From Octopus vulgaris (Eukaryota), in the NCBI GenBank assembly GCA_951406725.2, contig OX597816.1, forward strand, positions 131,998,001 to 132,062,000: DNA of 64,000 nt. The letters are read 5' to 3'. This document shows positions 62,570-64,000 of this stretch, piece by piece (position 1 is the stretch's first letter; the number at the start of each line of letters is the position of its first letter). The notes below the pieces were generated by a model that was not told where the DNA came from, did no database searches, and worked only from the letters and a program-made list of their open reading frames with translations. The translations under genes were made by a program, and so were the position numbers.

Positions 62570-64000
62570 GATTGATTGATTGATTGATTGATTTTAGTTT
62601 CAGCTCACGAGCTGTGGCCATGCTGGGGCACTGCCATTTGGTGTTGCTACATGGTTTTACTTCACAAATGCTTTTTAGCAACTGTCATTTGGTGCATGAG
62701 AGAGTTCGATGCAGCTGCCCTCATCTGCACCTCCTGCCGTGAAGTTGGTTCATCTGGGATACCTGACAAGAAGAGATCCAGTTTCATTTTAAAGACATCT
62801 GCATCCACCCCATGCAGGTCTCTTAGGTTCTTCGGGAGGATATTGAAGAGCTGTGGGCCTCGGAAGCCCAGGCTATCACGGTATCTTGTCCTACATCTTG
62901 ATGGCAAATTTGCCCAGTTCTGGCATTTGTGTAACTCTCGATGCCAAAGTTTGGGACAAGTCCTTCCAGGATCTTCCAGATGTATATTATGGCATATCTT
63001 TCTCACCTACGCTCCAAGGAATAGAGTTTTAATCTCTTGAGTCTTTCCCAGTAGCTTATATGCTGCACAGAGGCTATCTTCTTCGTGTAGCTACGTTGGA
63101 TCACCTCAAGTTCTGTGATCAGCTTGACACTGGATGGTGACCATAGCTGAGAGCAATAGTCAAAGTGGCTTAAGACAAGTGTCCTCCAGAGGACCATCAT
63201 GGTTTCTTGTTCTCTTGTTCTAAAGGTTCTAAGAATCCATCCGGCCAGTCGTCTACATTTCATTGCCAATTTAGCAACATGTACACGAAAGATTGTGTCA
63301 TCACTCATGTAAATACCCAGGTCACGCACTGATTGTGCCTCTGGGATTGCAATTCCTCCGGGTCCAGTGTATTCATTGGGTATTGCATTTAGTTTTGCAT
63401 GCTGATAGCATAAAGCTTGAAACTTTTCAGCATTGAACTGCATGCTATTCTTTTCAGCCCACTTGTATATTTTGTCCAGCTCACATTGCAGGCGTTTAGT
63501 GTCCTCAGGGTTCTGTATTGCCTGTGAAACTTTTGTATCATCTGCATAACTTGTGATCGTGGCTCTCTGCGTGGCTGAGGGCATGTCTGAGAGGGCCATT
63601 ATGAACAGTAGTGGTCCCAAAACAGTGCCCTGCGGAACACCGCTCACTATTTGCGTGTTAATGGAAGTGGCTACTAACACCTGACTTCTATCTTTCAGAA
63701 AGTCATGAAGCCATTCTCCCAGTTTTCCAACTATGCTAAGATCACGCAGTTTGTGACATATCATTCCATGATCGACTTTATCAAAGGCCTTTGCAAAGTC
63801 GAGATATATCACTTCCACGTTTGAGTGGTTGAGCAGTTCAGCACCCAGTCATAGTGTTGTAGGAGCTGAGTTAAGCAGCTTCTTCCTGGTCGGAAACCAT
63901 GTTGGGTATCAGGCAGCAAGTCATTTTCTTCAAGGAAGGTGATCAGTTTCCTTCTGACTATTCGTTCCATGACCTTGCTGATGTGTGAGGTCAGAGAGAT
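62570..64000 (-). mobile_element. CR1-group LINE (continues beyond the window) with (TCAA)n tail
   Basis: RT ORF 63003-63818, C-terminal ORF 62662-63006, 3' signal and tail at 62570-62636. Confidence 0.93.
62662..64000 (-). pseudogene. CR1-type ORF2 reverse transcriptase, disrupted
   Basis: YLDFAKAFDKV, SGVPQGTVLGP, YADDTK and RDLG motifs; premature TGA at 63003-63005 (probably CGA to TGA in RRRERY) plus frameshifts. Confidence 0.9.

Overview
AT-rich, repeat-dense eukaryotic DNA with no recognisable host protein-coding gene, so probably intronic or intergenic. The repeat repertoire resembles an octopus (cephalopod) genome, which is an inference from the repeat families only. The window is a mosaic of microsatellites, three tRNA-like SINE families (called A, B and C here), non-LTR retrotransposon fragments (CR1-group, RTE, R4/Dong-type with a restriction-like endonuclease, possibly Tx1 and Penelope) and small DNA transposons (mariner, hAT/Buster, piggyBac-like MITEs). 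Most ORFs in the supplied track are microsatellite artefacts or transposon remnants. The most notable observations are: (1) a CATGGCC-hairpin-GAAAC 3' signal with compensatory base changes shared by several CR1 LINEs and a SINE; (2) one SINE head carrying either a CR1-type or an RTE-type tail; (3) a roughly 6-kb pile-up of Dong-like elements in (TAA)n arrays, plus a second Dong-like family tied to (ACAT)n; (4) three SINE copies stacked at one target site with the target sequence present four times; (5) a 3'-only U6 snRNA fragment abutting a SINE; (6) a young CR1 copy with an intact reading frame. Coordinates were read by eye and degenerate element boundaries are approximate. I see no evidence for a novel multi-gene system.
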